In this document: one piece after another, positions 26,140-39,869 of the stretch | Layout: each line of letters begins with the position of its first letter | Position numbering within the stretch: the first letter of the stretch is position 1 | Translations under genes and position numbers: made by a program | Notes under the pieces: generated by a model | Told to the model about the DNA's origin: nothing | Seen by the model: the letters and a program-made list of their open reading frames with translations, nothing else | Databases searched by the model: none | NCBI GenBank assembly: GCA_013239625.1 | Contig: MU054187.1 | Coordinates: forward strand, 23,932,795 to 23,994,709 | Length of the DNA: 61,915 nucleotides | Origin: Lama guanicoe | Lineage: Eukaryota | Reading direction: 5' to 3'

Positions 26140-27861
26140 CTATGATTATGTTTAATCTGTCAAAGCTTCAGGTTAAAAGAAGCCACTGAAGAGGTAACAA
26201 AGAACCAAAAGTGATAAAGATCCTCAATAAAACACAAATTCAGTAATATAGTATATATAACAAATATAGATATAAAATTAATGAAGAATTTTTAAAGTAG
26301 TGAGTAATTTAGTTGTATATTGTTCAAACTGTCACACATTTAAGGTGATTGAGAAGCAGGATTGCAAATCACTAAATACAAACTAGTGAAACTTATTTGC
26401 TGAATGTATCTTTTCCCACTAATTTTCTTGTGATGTCTCTGAAGCAGTGAAAATGAGACACATTTACTTATTTTAGTATCCTCCCCATATAATTGTATTA
26501 GCGTATTTTATGAATTTCTGACATGGTTGTAAAATGTAATTAGATTACTATATGTAGAAAAAATACCTATAAATGGAAGTATTATAAAATTATAAAACAT
26601 AAAACATGAATGAATTTTAAACGCAAAACCTACAGAATCTAGCAAGTTTAAAGAATCATTCTGAATTTGCACAAATTAAAATTTATATTCAAGCATCTCT
26701 CTCTCTCTCTCTTTTCTTAATAAGTAGTGGAGGCTGGTCGCACATGATCCTTTAAGGTTCAATTCAAGACAAGTTTTGTTTGCTTGTTTGTTTCATCCCC
26801 TTCCATCCTTCTTCCCCTTAACCATCTCCTCAGGGGTTGCTTATTCATGCGCTCCATAGGATACCACATGATAATTAGTGGTTTTCATGACAATTTCCTC
26901 AACTGTGAACACTTATTTCTGAACAACCTTTTATTTACTATTGCAAATGCAGTTTCTAATATAAATCTAGGGACCTAAGGAGGCATTTTAGTAGTTTTAG
27001 TAATTAGTGAATAAATGAATGAATGAGCAAACTGCAGAGATTCAAGTAATTCACTTTGCTATTATTTTCAGTGTAGGTACAGGAGAAATGTTTTATGTAT
27101 ATCTGAAAAATCCATTTTGGAAAGACAGACCTTGAACAAGAGTACCCATATTGTGACAATAAATCATCATTTAGTTGTGGGAAAAAAATAGTTGCTTCTT
27201 TGATGTCTAGTAGTCTAAAACTTCAAAAAATTCAATTACTTTCAATCTTTATTTAATACATCACCATAATAAAGATATAACTAAAGTTATTTTCATCACT
27301 TTGTGTGGCTCCAAGGGATAAGTAAACCAAATACAACACTGTGATGGAGAAGAAACAAACCAGTGATGAATCAAGATGACATCTTACCTTCAAGGAGAAA
27401 ATATTAATTAGGCTCAAAAAGTGTATCTACAGGATTAAAGAATTTCTTTTTAAAACATACTTAAAATAAAAGTCTAGAGTGACAAATATAGCTGATGATT
27501 TAAACCCAGTTAGATCTTAACAGCTAATAAAAACACTTCTTATAGTTGGAAAGTCAGTTTTTTACACTATCTAATATTTTGATTAATACAAACTAAGTAA
27601 TGTAGATTTAACGCATTTTAATTAAAATGATCTTTTATATTGCTTCATTACTGTGATTGGGCTGTGTCGGACAATGTATTACCATCGATAAGTATTCACT
27701 AGGTGTACTGGAAAGGTTTTAGGGAACTTATAAAATATGCTTCTTCTTATTTACCAAGAAACAATGAAATATTCTTTCAGTGTGAGAAACTCTGCTCTGT
27801 TTCTCAACATAGAGCAACAGCATTGTGCATACCTTGAAAGAAAAGAGATTTCAAAGCAATA

Positions 27862-28200
27862 CACTGACTGAGAAGCCCTGCATAAGCTATTTGACCATCT
27901 GAGTCTGTTATTTTTCTGGAAAAAGATAAGGATACCCGGGGGGAAGGTGTAGCTCAGTGGTAGAGTACATGACTAGCATGTACGAGGTCCTGGATGCATT
28001 CCCCAGTATTGCCATCAAAGATCAATCAATCAATCAATCAATAAACCTGATCACCTCCCCCACCAAAAAAATTTTAAAAATTAAAAAAAAAGGTAAGGAT
28101 ACAAATAACTTTGCATGATTTATCTTAAGTTTATTATTAACTTAGTATATGTAAGGCACTGAGCATGGTGATAAACACTGGAAATATCTTAATTTTTACC
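27862..28200 (+). mobile_element. MIR SINE interrupted by a young tRNA-SINE
   Basis: gcataagctatttgaccatctgagtctg before the SINE; tatatgtaaggcactgagcatgg after it. Confidence 0.65.
27936..28086 (+). mobile_element. tRNA-derived SINE (camelid-type)
   Basis: A box tagctcagtggtagag, degenerate B box, (tcaa)n and an A tail; 16-bp TSD aaaaag(a/g)taaggatac at 27920-27935 and 28087-28102. Confidence 0.93.
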
Positions 28201-28237
28201 TTACCTTTTCTTTGTCTAACATTATTAGTTAGTAGTT

Positions 28238-29870
28238 TTATTCATTCATTCATTCATTCATTCATCTGACAAATATATGGTTAATTCTGCTTGGGGTTGC
28301 AATGCCACGGAGATGGAAGGCAAATAAGACCTAGGACTTGCTCACAAGGATTTTGATGTTTACAGGGAGAAAAATCTACACACACATCCAACACATTATT
28401 ATAGATGTTAAAGAGGGACCATTCAAAGAGTATGGAAAAGAACATGATTAATTCTACTAAGGAGGGTGAAGAAATGATCAAATGAAAATTCATTAGAGAA
28501 GTGATGTAAGGAGAATTTTGGACTTGGTGAAGAAGCATGCATGGGACTATATGTAAAGTTGAGATGAAGATTTTGGGGAACGGAAAAACAGGGGAGACCT
28601 GCAATGGAAGAGATCTTTAGAGAAATCAAATCTTAGAGAATATTTTGTTTTACAGAGAGTAAGTTTAATGTGATAGATAACAGGAGAGAGTAAAAGGATT
28701 CAAACATGACATCCACATAACAGACATGTTATAAAGGGCTAGTGCTGCTTTATTTGCCAATACTGCATTCCAAGTGTGCCATTTGTCTCATAGTTGTCAG
28801 AGATTTGGATAGTTTCTAAAATAATGGTCAATGGGAATAAGGTGTCTCGAGGGAGGAGCTTGTTTTCATATTTATGCAAAGTAGTTGTGTCAACAGTGGT
28901 GAGGATGCAAAGTATTCTCAACAATATGGGATTATATATACCCATATTTATATACATATATATATATTTTTTTCATATATATGTGAAAAATAAGCAAAAA
29001 TGTGAAAGGTAGGGAAAAATAAAAATTTAAAGGTGTAAAGGACTTATGGGAGATACGTTAATGAAACAGAAGTAATAGGATTTTTATCACCAACTAAAAG
29101 TGGGAAAAAAATAAGAAAACAGTACAGAACAATTCTCAGATAACTTTACTGCTTTTGGTGACTTGGGAGAGAAGGGAGAGGTAGCTTACAGTGGTATTTA
29201 CTCAGAGAGAAAGATGGGCTCAAGGAGATTTATCTGTGTTTTTTTTTTTTTCTTTTTTGATGGGGAAAGAGAAAAACAATGAGTGACTTTTGATCATTTT
29301 AATTTTCACTTGCCTTTTGAGTATCTGGTGAGAAATTTCTAATATGTTTTAATCTAGATGTTTCTTTATGGTCCTGAAATTTTGAAGAAAGAGGTTAGAT
29401 ATATACATTAGGAGAAATCATGGATATTTGGGTGGAAATTGGAATCAGGAGAACGAGTGAGACTATCCAAGAAAGTATATTAAAGAAGAAAAGAAGTCTG
29501 TGGTAACAACCATTGTAACACTTTTATTGTATCTGCAGAATAAGAGAAGCTGGCAAAGGAACTATGGGGAAAAACAGAATGAAACAAAACAAACAAACCA
29601 GTTTGCTGGATCTCTTCCTAAATCTCTCATATAGGCAGAAACCCAGCAAAACAAAACAAAACAAAACAAAACAACAACAACAAAAAACAAGAAATCACTG
29701 TCGATAGGACCTTAAGCTGCATTGACATTGGGCAATTGGACTCAGAGGGCGCATTGAATTTGGAAACAAGAATGATGGAAACTTTTGCCACAGTTGTTTC
29801 CCTGGAGCCATGGGGGTAAAGATCTGACATGAGGGGAAGAGGAAGCAGGAGAGGTAGAGTTTTCTGTCTA
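28238..29870 (-). mobile_element. Long L2 remnant (3' end at left)
   Basis: (ttca)n tail followed by ctgacaaatatat; purine-rich antisense body. Confidence 0.75.
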
Positions 29871-30482
29871 GTGTTCCCTCTTAATTGTTATTCATTTTCA
29901 GGTATTGTGAAATGAGATGATAATCTTGTACGCTTGGGATCTGCCACCATAAATTTCTTTCTCTCCTCTCTCCCCATTTTCTGTCTACTGGGATGAGGCA
30001 GTAAGCAAAAATACCAAGGCCTGACTCTGACACGTCGTGCTAATATAAACCATGTGTCTGACAGCGTCAGACTCTTGAATTAAGTCCAGAAAAGGCCCTG
30101 ACTTAAGTAGAATCCCAACATTCAAGTGTTTAGTCATGTTTAAATAACAGAAGTGTCAAGTGTGGCTTAAATTATTTTTCTGACTTCAATTAGTAATGAA
30201 GGATATGGAAATACAAACTAATCTATTTCCCACTTGTTTAATCTACGTCTTGGGTAAACAAAAGAAAGAAGTTAACTTAATCAACCACAAACAAAACAAA
30301 AAACTTGCTTTAAATCATCTCAATAGCCATCAAATACATTTAGAAATCATGGCATTGTTAGGCAAATAAAATACAAAATAAACAAATCCAGAGTTAGGGA
30401 GTAGCAGTTTAGAATGGTATGTTTTTAAGGCCACAAAATTCTAAAAAAGTTGTTAATCTTATACTCTTTAGATGATTTTTCT

Positions 30483-31022
30483 TTTTTTTTCTACATTTTT
30501 TATTGAGTTATAATCATTTTACAATGTTGTGTCAAATTCCAGTGTAGAGCACAATTTTTCAGTTATACATGAACATACATATTTTCATTGTGACATTTTT
30601 TTTTGCTGTGAGCTACCACAAGATCTTGTATATATTTCCTTGTGCTATACAGTATAATCTTGCTTATCTATTCTACAATTTTGAAATCCCATCTATCCCT
30701 TCCCACCCTCACCCACCCTCCCTTGACAACCACAAGTTTGCATTCTATGTCTATGAGTCTGTTTCTGTTTTGTATTTATGCTTTGCTTGTTTGTTTTTGT
30801 TTTTTCTTTAGATTCCACATATGAGCGATCTCATCTGGTATTTTTCTTTCTCTTTCTGGCTTACTTCACTTAGAGTGACATTCTCCAGGAGCATTCATGT
30901 TGCTGCAAATGGCGTTATGTTGTCAGTTTTTATGGCTGAGTAGTATTCCATTGTATAAATATACCACATCTTCTTTATCCAGTCATCCATTGATGGACTG
31001 TCTCCATGCCTTGGCTATTGTA
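30483..31022 (-). mobile_element. Young lineage-specific L1 3' end
   Basis: Poly-T then ttacaatgttgtgtcaa; 14-bp TSD tagat(g/a)atttttct at 30469-30482 and 31023-31036. Confidence 0.93.
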
Positions 31023-32119
31023 TAGATAATTTTTCTATTGCTGTCTTACTCTGAGAGAATTATTTCTTAAGAAGACTCACACACAAAAATTTAAGAGCCA
31101 GGCAATTTATATCAGATTACCTATCACCCAGGACCTAGACATGCAATTTTATATCTCTGAATATTTGAAAATCACAAAGGCATTACTTCTCTATTGGAAA
31201 GCATGAATGTAAATAACTTATTAAAAATATAATTTATAATTTAGTATTATTTTCAGTGGGTTGCTTCAAAGCAGCACATTAATAAGAACTAAGTAATTTA
31301 AAATAGGGGGAGGAGATTAGCTAGGAGCTAAAATACATTTTCTCTTCCTATTTTTTTTTTCTGGAAAGCTCTTTCACCAATCAAACCTCAGGATACTAGA
31401 TTCTAATCATTTAAGGATGTTCAGGAAGATGGTAAACAAAATGATGATAAAAAGAACAATGGCTTTGTGCTTTGATAGAACTGTACAAATAAAGGCCAAT
31501 GGTCACACAGAGTCCCTAAATTATCCAGAGTTTCTTATCACCAATGCTGTTCTGATGTTGTATTCAGGTTTTCCAGAAAACTGAACCCTCTAGCCCTATT
31601 ATATTTATAAGTTCAAACTTCAACTGTATTTTTAAATTTTATTTTTATGTTATGTATAATAAAATTAATTAATTTTGGTATACTGTTCTATGACAAGATT
31701 AAAGACAGTCTTGGCGTCTCCAGATACAGTCCTTTGTGCTACTACTTTGCAGTAAAAAAACACACAGTGGATTGTCCCAGGCAACTGGGGATCGCTCCTC
31801 CATCCAGTGATGGGCAGTTTAGTAACTGGCTGTCAAACAAAAGCATGCGTGTACATATGTTTGTCCATAAATTCATTATAAGTTTTACTGAGAAATAAAA
31901 ATAATAAAAATTATATTGCTCTCCATTATAAATTTCATGCAGCTGATTGATTCTCACAAATTTGTTTATTGACATTTGTCAAACTCCCGTATGCAAAGTC
32001 ATGCTATATGTTAACTTCTGAAATAGGAACCAACCTGTTGGTTGGTGTTTTCATTTAGTTAATGAGTAAGATGAAAGGGAAACAACACAGGTATTATGTC
32101 TTAAAAGGCATTTAATCAT

Positions 32120-32318
32120 TCAATATGTGGTCTTTTGTGTCTGCCTTCTTTCACATGGCACAGGGTTATTTTTGTTGTTGTTTTTAGATTCAGTCGTGCT
32201 GTGGAATGTATTAATGCCCCATTTATTTTTATTGTTGAACAGTGTTGAATTGTCTAGGTATACCACATTTTTTATATCCATTCACCTGTTGATAGATATT
32301 TGAGTTATGTCCACTCTC
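32120..32318 (-). mobile_element. L1MB/ME-like 3' fragment
   Basis: caatatgtggtcttttgtgtctgccttctttcac...tatccattcacctgttgat. Confidence 0.85.
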
Positions 32319-33720
32319 AATATGTGTGCAAAATTAAAGCTGATGAGACAGTACGACTAAAAGGAAAATGTCAAGTAATGGTAAATTTACCAGCGTAATT
32401 CCATCTTGTGAGTCTTCTTGGGAAAGAGTCAAATTGCCTTCCCCAGACAATTCTTCTCAGTATTGAAATATAGACAGGAACACTTTTTTTTTCATTAGAG
32501 CTTTAAGACTATGCATATCTAAGGGATTTCAGTTTTATCCAAGATGTGATACAATGTGTTAGACTGTCTCCTGAGATCAGTTCTGTTCAGTTATTTGGTC
32601 ACATGCTGAAATCAATCCAATTGAAATCTGTTAATCTTAAGTAAATTTCTCCTTTATTTATAAATTGGTGGTAGTTCCCAGAATGTAAATAAATTCTAAT
32701 TTTATTCACCTGTTAAAATGATGCAGAGTCCATAAATATGCTTTTAGCTCAAAGATAATGGATAAAGATGGATTTGTAAAATATATTGAGCCCTATTTAA
32801 GAGAAATTAAATTGAATCCAAAAGTATTATTTACTAATTACTTCTGATCTTTTAAAATCTCAAAATAATGTTCAGCATCACAATGATTACTTCATTTAAA
32901 ATGCTCAACACTGAGTTGCAGCACTGAACAGATCTATGTTTAGAAAAGAGGCTTCCGAATAATCAGATATTCCTAACTCTTAATTTTACATGAGACTCGG
33001 TACACACAAAAGGCTCATGAGCAAGACACTTGCTTAAGGGTATGAAAATTTGAGACATAATTTTGCTTGCTACTTTTCTCTGAATGTAGGAGTCAAGAAA
33101 TTTAGCCTGCGTCTCATGGGGCGTAAATTTCTTTCAGGAAATAAAGTTGCAGTCACATTTTTTGGAAAATCAAATAGATTTAGTGGTTTAAACAAGTTAC
33201 ATTTAATAATCATAAAGCTCTGTTCTAAGATAAATCTAAAGTTCAGTATCTGTTTTACTAGAGGATATAATATCTCTTTGAGTAATACTATATTAATTTT
33301 CCCTCATTCAGTTATTCATGCATTTAATGATTCATGCATGCTCATGAGAAAATCAGTACTGAAGAGATCCTGTTGTGTGTATCTAAGCTTTTTGCACAGC
33401 ATCCTGGTTTATCCCAGAAAGCTATATTTTTGGTTTTTGCAACTGAAAGATGTATATACTGTATTTCCAAATTAATAGATAATACATTTCAAATGGTTCC
33501 AATATTGATTTCATTTCTTTTGAAAATCTTGTCTTCCTTCTCTATAAACGACGAACACTTACCAGTGGCCTGTAGTATGATTTGACAATGTCACTAAAAT
33601 TGCAAAATGGCTCATTATGAGAAAAGTAAATTCAGGGAAGATAGTGGCCATGATGCCCAATACCTCCCATGTCCCTTTCAATTTTTTTCTATAAAGCAGA
33701 ACAAAAGCTGCTGCAGGTAA

Positions 33721-34226
33721 GTGGTACAGCATAGAATGTGCATGTAAAGGGGTAGCCAAGCTCAGTTTTATTCACTCAAGTATAAACTGGACGTAAGATT
33801 CACTACGAATGAATAGAATATGACAGAGCCAATTGCATCACTGCTGCCTGTTCCAAGATTGGGTTATAAAAAGACTTACTTGTGTTGAGTATTTCCTCTC
33901 CATTTCCCTCTCCCGCTTTCAGGACTGGCTCTGACATAAGCCAGTTTCCATGCCATGAGTAGCTCCACAGAAAGACCTACATAGGAAAGAAATTAACCCA
34001 ATATTTATTGAGAAAATGGGAACTTTCAAAAATATATGTTAGCATGGAAGTGAATTTTGTATCCCTAATTAATGCTTCTGATGACCACAGTCTTCACTCG
34101 CAGCTTGACCAAGCCACGCCACACCTTGATTCCTAACTCTCAGGAATTGTGTGAAAGATTCAGTGTTTGATTTTTGTATGCTAAGTTTGGAAGCAATTTG
34201 TTACACAACAATAGAAACCTAATGCA
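33721..34226 (+). mobile_element. MaLR solo LTR (MLT1E/F-like)
   Basis: ttccaagattgggttataaaaagac...gctaagtttggaagcaatttgttacacaacaatagaaacctaatgca. Confidence 0.8.
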
Positions 34227-34806
34227 GACTCTGGGTCTCTAGAAGAGAGAGCAGACTCTGGCTTTGTTCTCTGAGCTGGAGAGGAAGTAGTGAAACTAAA
34301 GGGCAGAAATGAGGATTTTTGGCACGCTGGAGATTTTGGCAGTCAGAGACCTGGGAATCTTCTCAGAGATGGTAGAAATTCCAAGTATATGATCCAAAAC
34401 TGATTTTCCTGAGCCTAAAGGAGCCATAGGTGTAGCAGAGGTGGGCCATCTCTCTTAAGAGTGAGAATGCAAACAGGGCTCTTTCTAGCACTCCAACAGA
34501 GGATTAGCAGGTAGTATTATGCCTTTTGATGGAGCTGGGATGGAAGATCCCACTGTATATTTATCTCTTGATGGTTAACAGAGGAAACAGGCAAATAAAA
34601 TGCACCAAAAGGACCTAGCAACGAGATACACTAGAACCTAGAAGAATTCTTAGTCACTCTGTGAATTAGTAAATGTGATAGAACTACACAATAACTTCAA
34701 ATAAAAAAAAAGGAAAGAAGCATTTAAGAAGTTTCAAATACAGTATTAAAAGGACTTCACAGAAACTAAGAATTAAACTGATTTTTAATCTTAAAACTGG
34801 ATATCA

Positions 34807-37800
34807 ACTTCTGGTTGCTAGTCCAGGATGCAGAGGGCTGGAAAGAGTTTCATTTCTATACTCGCAAATAAACAAAAAATTGTATGAATGTCATACTCAT
34901 GAGATTTTTCTGACCTGAATGGAGAAGTAACATTGCAGAACCATCAATCATTTGAATCTCAGGCGAGACAGACAACTGTAGGGAGAGGGGAAACACAAGA
35001 GCTCACCTACAAGCAGTTGACTGAACTACCCGCCAGAACAAAGAGTTCATTTGACAAATTAGTGAAGTCTGCATGGACTTTCTATAGCACATGTCAGCTA
35101 GTGAACAGTGTGAAGCTCTGGAAGCCACAGAAATTGATGGAGTCTGTAAAACCCTTGTAGGCTTTTTCTGTATAAACTCCATGAAGAGCTTATGGAAAAG
35201 ATTGTAGAGAACCAAAGTTAAGTGTCAATTATGGAGCAGACCCCAGGGAGGGAAGCAGGAGTTGTGTGCAAGGAGGCACAGAATTCCAGCCATATTCATT
35301 CATGCTATCTTGCTACAGAGTTCAAGCCTCAAAATGGAGAGAGAAGGGGAACAGCAAAATAAAACCAAAAAATCTGTGACCCTCAAGGAGTGAAAACTCC
35401 TTATATCTGAGGGAAAGTAAGAGAGGAAAGAAAAAACAACAACAAAAAGTCTAGACAGAGGGAACAGTGTGAAGAGATGGGGCCCCAAACTACAGCTGGA
35501 AAAACTGCTAACATCCTTGGGACAGAGAGGCATGTTGTCTGCCTGAGATCAAGGTAAAATTAGAGCAACAAAAGATACACTCTCAACTCTCCCCCACAGC
35601 CAAGCTAACAAGGTCCGAGTGCTTGGTTGAGAAAACTACTAGACAAGGGACAAGAGAGGAACAAGAAAAAAGCAAAAAATACCTTTTGAAGGCAAAGTGC
35701 TGTCAGAAGACTTAAAGCTGAACTTTGACAAGACATCACTCTGGCAAAGCAACTTCCATCCTAAACGTAAGGTATGGTTACAGGTATCTGAAGCCACTGT
35801 TGCACTAAGGTTAAACACAGCAACAAAGAACTTCAAAAACCAGCTCAACTCCTAACGGAATAGACTTGGAAGAAGAAAAAGCATCCTTATTTCTGGGCAT
35901 TAAAAACAACAAATCGCAATCTCTACTGTCCTACACAAGATTTCTGTCTTTTAACAAAAAAGTCACAAGGCATAACAGTAGCCAAGAGAAAACATACTCT
36001 CCAGGGACAAAGCTGTTATCAAAGTCAGACTCAGATATGACACAGATGTAGGGACTATTTGACAGGAAATTTAAATTACCTATGACTAAAACATTAAAGG
36101 ATCTATTGAAAAAGTTGGACAATATGCAAGCTAAAGTGAATACTTCCAGCAGAGAGAAGAAAATGCTAGAAATGAAAGTATTATAGCTGAGAATGTCTCA
36201 ACGAGCTCATAAGTAGATTTAACGCAGACAAGAGCAGAATCTGTGGCCTTAGATATTGGTCAATTAAAACTGCCCATCTTAAACACAAAGAAGAAAGTGA
36301 TAAAAACTATATAGAGCAATCAAGAGTTGTGGAACAATATAAAACATTCCAAAAATACATAGCTGGAAGGAGAAGAAAGAGAATGAGGAAGAATAAATAT
36401 TTGAAAATTCATAGCTAATTTTTTCCCCCAAATTAACGGCAGGCACCAGATCACAAATTCAGTAAATGTCAGCATAAGAAATACATATGCCACACACATA
36501 TGCATGAGTTCAAGTACATTGACATGTCATATTAAAATACTGAAAGACAGAGAATAAATCTTTCAGGCATCCAGAAAATAAATGACACATTACATATAGA
36601 GGGAAAAGTGAGTGTAATAGCACAGTATTTATTGCAAAAAACACAGTATTCAGAAGACAATGGACTGACATGTTGAAAATTCTGAAAGAAAAAAATTATA
36701 AAACAAGATTTGATATACATGGATTTATACTTCAAAATTAAGTTGAAAAACGATGTGTTCATATAAACAAACACAGAAAAAATACTTTCCAGCATTATAA
36801 TATACAAGGAATGTTAAAGAAATTTCTTTAGACACAAGGAATACAATACCAGACAGAGTTGGATTGAGTCAAAGAAATGAATAGTCCTAGAAATCAAATA
36901 AATGAAGGGAAAATAAAATTAATTTCTTCTTATTTTTAATTACTCTATAGGAATAGTGAATGTTTAAAGCAAAATAATAACAACGTATATTTATAGTTTA
37001 TGAAAATGTAAAATACATGACAAAATTTTAAGGGAGGTAAGAATTGAGAATTTACTGTTGTAAGGTTTTTTTCTCCACTAGTGATATAAAATAATATTAT
37101 TTGAAGATAAATTCTGATTAAAGATATATTTTGCATAAACTAAGTCAACTCAATTTTTAAAGGTATAAAGTATAACATAATAGGTGAGAGAAAACAGCAT
37201 TATAAAAATCCTCAATTAACACAAGAAAAATCAGAAAAGAGAAAAATAAGAAAGAAGAATGAATGGAGAACAGTTAGTAAGATGGTAGCTACCATATCAA
37301 ACTCATTAATAATCACTTTATATATGAATAGCCTCAACACCATATTTAAAGGCAAAGATTATCAGATTGGCTTCACATAACAAGAAGTGAGACCCAATGC
37401 TGTCTAAAAAATACATATTTATAAAGATACATATATAGGTTAAATGATGCAAACACTAGAAAATGTAACTGAAATAGCTTCATTAATATTAGACAAGGAG
37501 ACATCAAAGCAAGGAATATTATCAGGAATAAAAAGGGATATTATATCATGACAACAGGGTCAATTCTCCCATAGGACAAAATAATTCTAAATGTGTAATC
37601 ACTTTCAAAGGCATGAGAAAACAACTGACAGAAGAGAAAGAAGAAAAATAAAATTCCTCAGTTGTAATGAAAGAGTTCAATACCCATTTATCAGCAACTG
37701 ATAGAGTAAGTAGCTAGAAAGTCAGGAAGGATAAATGAGGGCTGACAAACACCATCAACTAACTACTCTTAAGGTAATTTTAAAACATGCCACCTAACAA

Positions 37801-38830
37801 CAGCAGAACCGATTTTGCAAGTGTACATGGAACTTGAAACAACATAGATCTTATTCTAGACTATAACTAAAATCAACAAGTGTGAAATAATAGATGTTAT
37901 GCAAGGTATGTTCTATTTCCACCGTGAAATTCAATTTAATTTATCATATTGCACGGTGTAGGTCTAATAGATGGAGTGAAAGAAATATGACAAAACACAA
38001 AGCATAAATACAAGAAGACAGAAATTATAAGAAAGAAGAGGAAACAACTGGTGGTCATTAAACATATGGAAGGGATGCTCATCCTCAATAATTCAAGGAA
38101 ATACATATGAAGACTATAAGATACTTTCTTATACTCACTCTTTTGGCAAAAATTAAGCAGTATAATAATACAAAGAGTTGAAGATATGAGAATAGATGGG
38201 ATCTTCATAAATGGATGGGATAAGTGGAAATTTTTATAACCACTTTGGAAATTTTAATATTTACATTCCCCATAACTCACAATTTCATTCTTAGTCCATA
38301 CATCCAAGAAATACTCGTGTACATGTGCACCAAGAAATGTATACAAAGCATTTTCATAACAACAAAGATACCAGCATAAAGGTAAAAGTTTGAAAAAAAT
38401 CAAATGACTATACAGAAGAGACTGGAAAAATATGGACTATTTATACAAACTAAATATTATAATAGTGAAAATAAATTAACTACATACACAAACAACATGG
38501 AGAAGTCTTAATGTATATATAATATGATCTTTTCTTAAGTTTAAAAACAAGCAAAACAAGAGAGCATTTAGGCATATATGTATAATAAAACAATTTTTAA
38601 AACATAAGAAAATAATGAAGCAACATTTATTCTAATGATCTGGATGACGGGATATAGGAGGATGAGGAAAAACAGTATGTTCACAATACATTGGGTGTAA
38701 TCACCAAGTAAAAATAATAAATAAATAATTATACAATGAAAGAATGAATAAGTGAATAAACAAAGTAAAGATAAATTTTAAAAAGACATTTCATGGATAG
38801 ATGATAACAATGTAATAAGAACTGTAATGA
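34807..38830 (+). mobile_element. Old L1 (L1MD/ME-like): 5'UTR, ORF1 relic, spacer and ORF2 EN relic, followed directly by the ORF2 end and 3'UTR
   Basis: 5' end acttctggttgctagtccagg; ORF1-like gactcagatatgacacagatg; EN-like ataatcactttatatatgaatagcctcaacac; then cattaaacatatggaagggatgctca. Confidence 0.8.
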
Positions 38831-39804
38831 CCCAGCATTGTCCAGCTCTGAACAATGGACTTCCATGAACAAAACATAATTTAAAAGAAAGTGATATGAA
38901 CAGGAAGAGAAAAATCCATGAGGGAAAAGATGAGAGACTTAGAGTCAGATTGAGAAGAACTGAGAAGATTTAAAAGTAAATAATAGAAATTTCAGAGTAA
39001 ACAAAACGACCCATAGGGGAGGGGCATTCAATCATCCAACACACCTTTCTAGTCACTTCTGCAGTAATATTTATATTTGGGTTTTATATTTCTTCTTGAG
39101 AAATCCATTCATACACTCAATTTCCATAAATACATGGATCTGTTTGCACTCAACTGTTCTGGTTATCTAAGTTAATACTACAATTTTGATCACAGTGGTT
39201 TTTGAATATAATTTATTAGCTGTTAAGTACAGGGAACTGTCGCTTGTCTTAAAATTCATAGTCTTTTATATATTTTTGGAAATGTTTCATTTAAAATCCA
39301 AAAGTTGGTATTTTGTAAAAAATGAAACAAAATTGAGAGAAAATGCAAAGAAACACATACATTTTAAATATTAATAGCTTTGGCATGCTGTCATTCTGCC
39401 TAAGAAATATTCTTTATATTCAGTAAAATTTTTTATTTTTCACCTTCTAAACCTGTTATTTCCAAACAATTTTTAGCTTTTAATGCTATTATAGATAGTT
39501 TTATCTTCCATTTCAACTTTTTTCCCCTGATTTTTAATGATTTTGGTTCATTGGCTTATTACTTATTTTCACAGTAAAATTTTTTTAAAAAGATCAAAAG
39601 TCATAGTTTTCAACAGCCTAAAAATATTTTTATATTTCCTAATGGAAGCATAATCCTTGTAGGTTTGTAATATGTTAAAACTAGAAGAGCTGGGAAGCAA
39701 AATTCTTGTGATCAGGTCATTATGGGTAATTGTGATAAATAATTCCACATCTATTTTCTCATTGATTCTCAAAGCTAAATACTTTAGCAATGGGAGAAAC
39801 TGCT

Positions 39805-39825
39805 ACACACACACACACACACACA
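39805..39825. repeat. (AC)10 microsatellite
   Basis: Read directly from the sequence. Confidence 0.95.
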
Positions 39826-39869
39826 TACTGCCTCCTACACGATAACATCCCAACCCCAGACAATGTTCC

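Noticed and set aside
27938..28015. Possible tRNA genes here and at 53503-53575
   Set aside because: No intact cloverleaf; A-rich tails and target-site duplication (clear at 27936, imperfect at 53497) mark them as SINEs.
29902..30000. 99-nt AG...GTAAG exon candidate
   Set aside because: Stops in all three frames; no other support.
30056..30072. gtctgac-agc-gtcagac hairpin
   Set aside because: A single 7-bp stem is expected by chance in 62 kb.
33050..33475. Longest ORF (141 aa)
   Set aside because: TTG start, F/L/I/K-rich composition typical of AT-rich non-coding DNA, no homology recognised.
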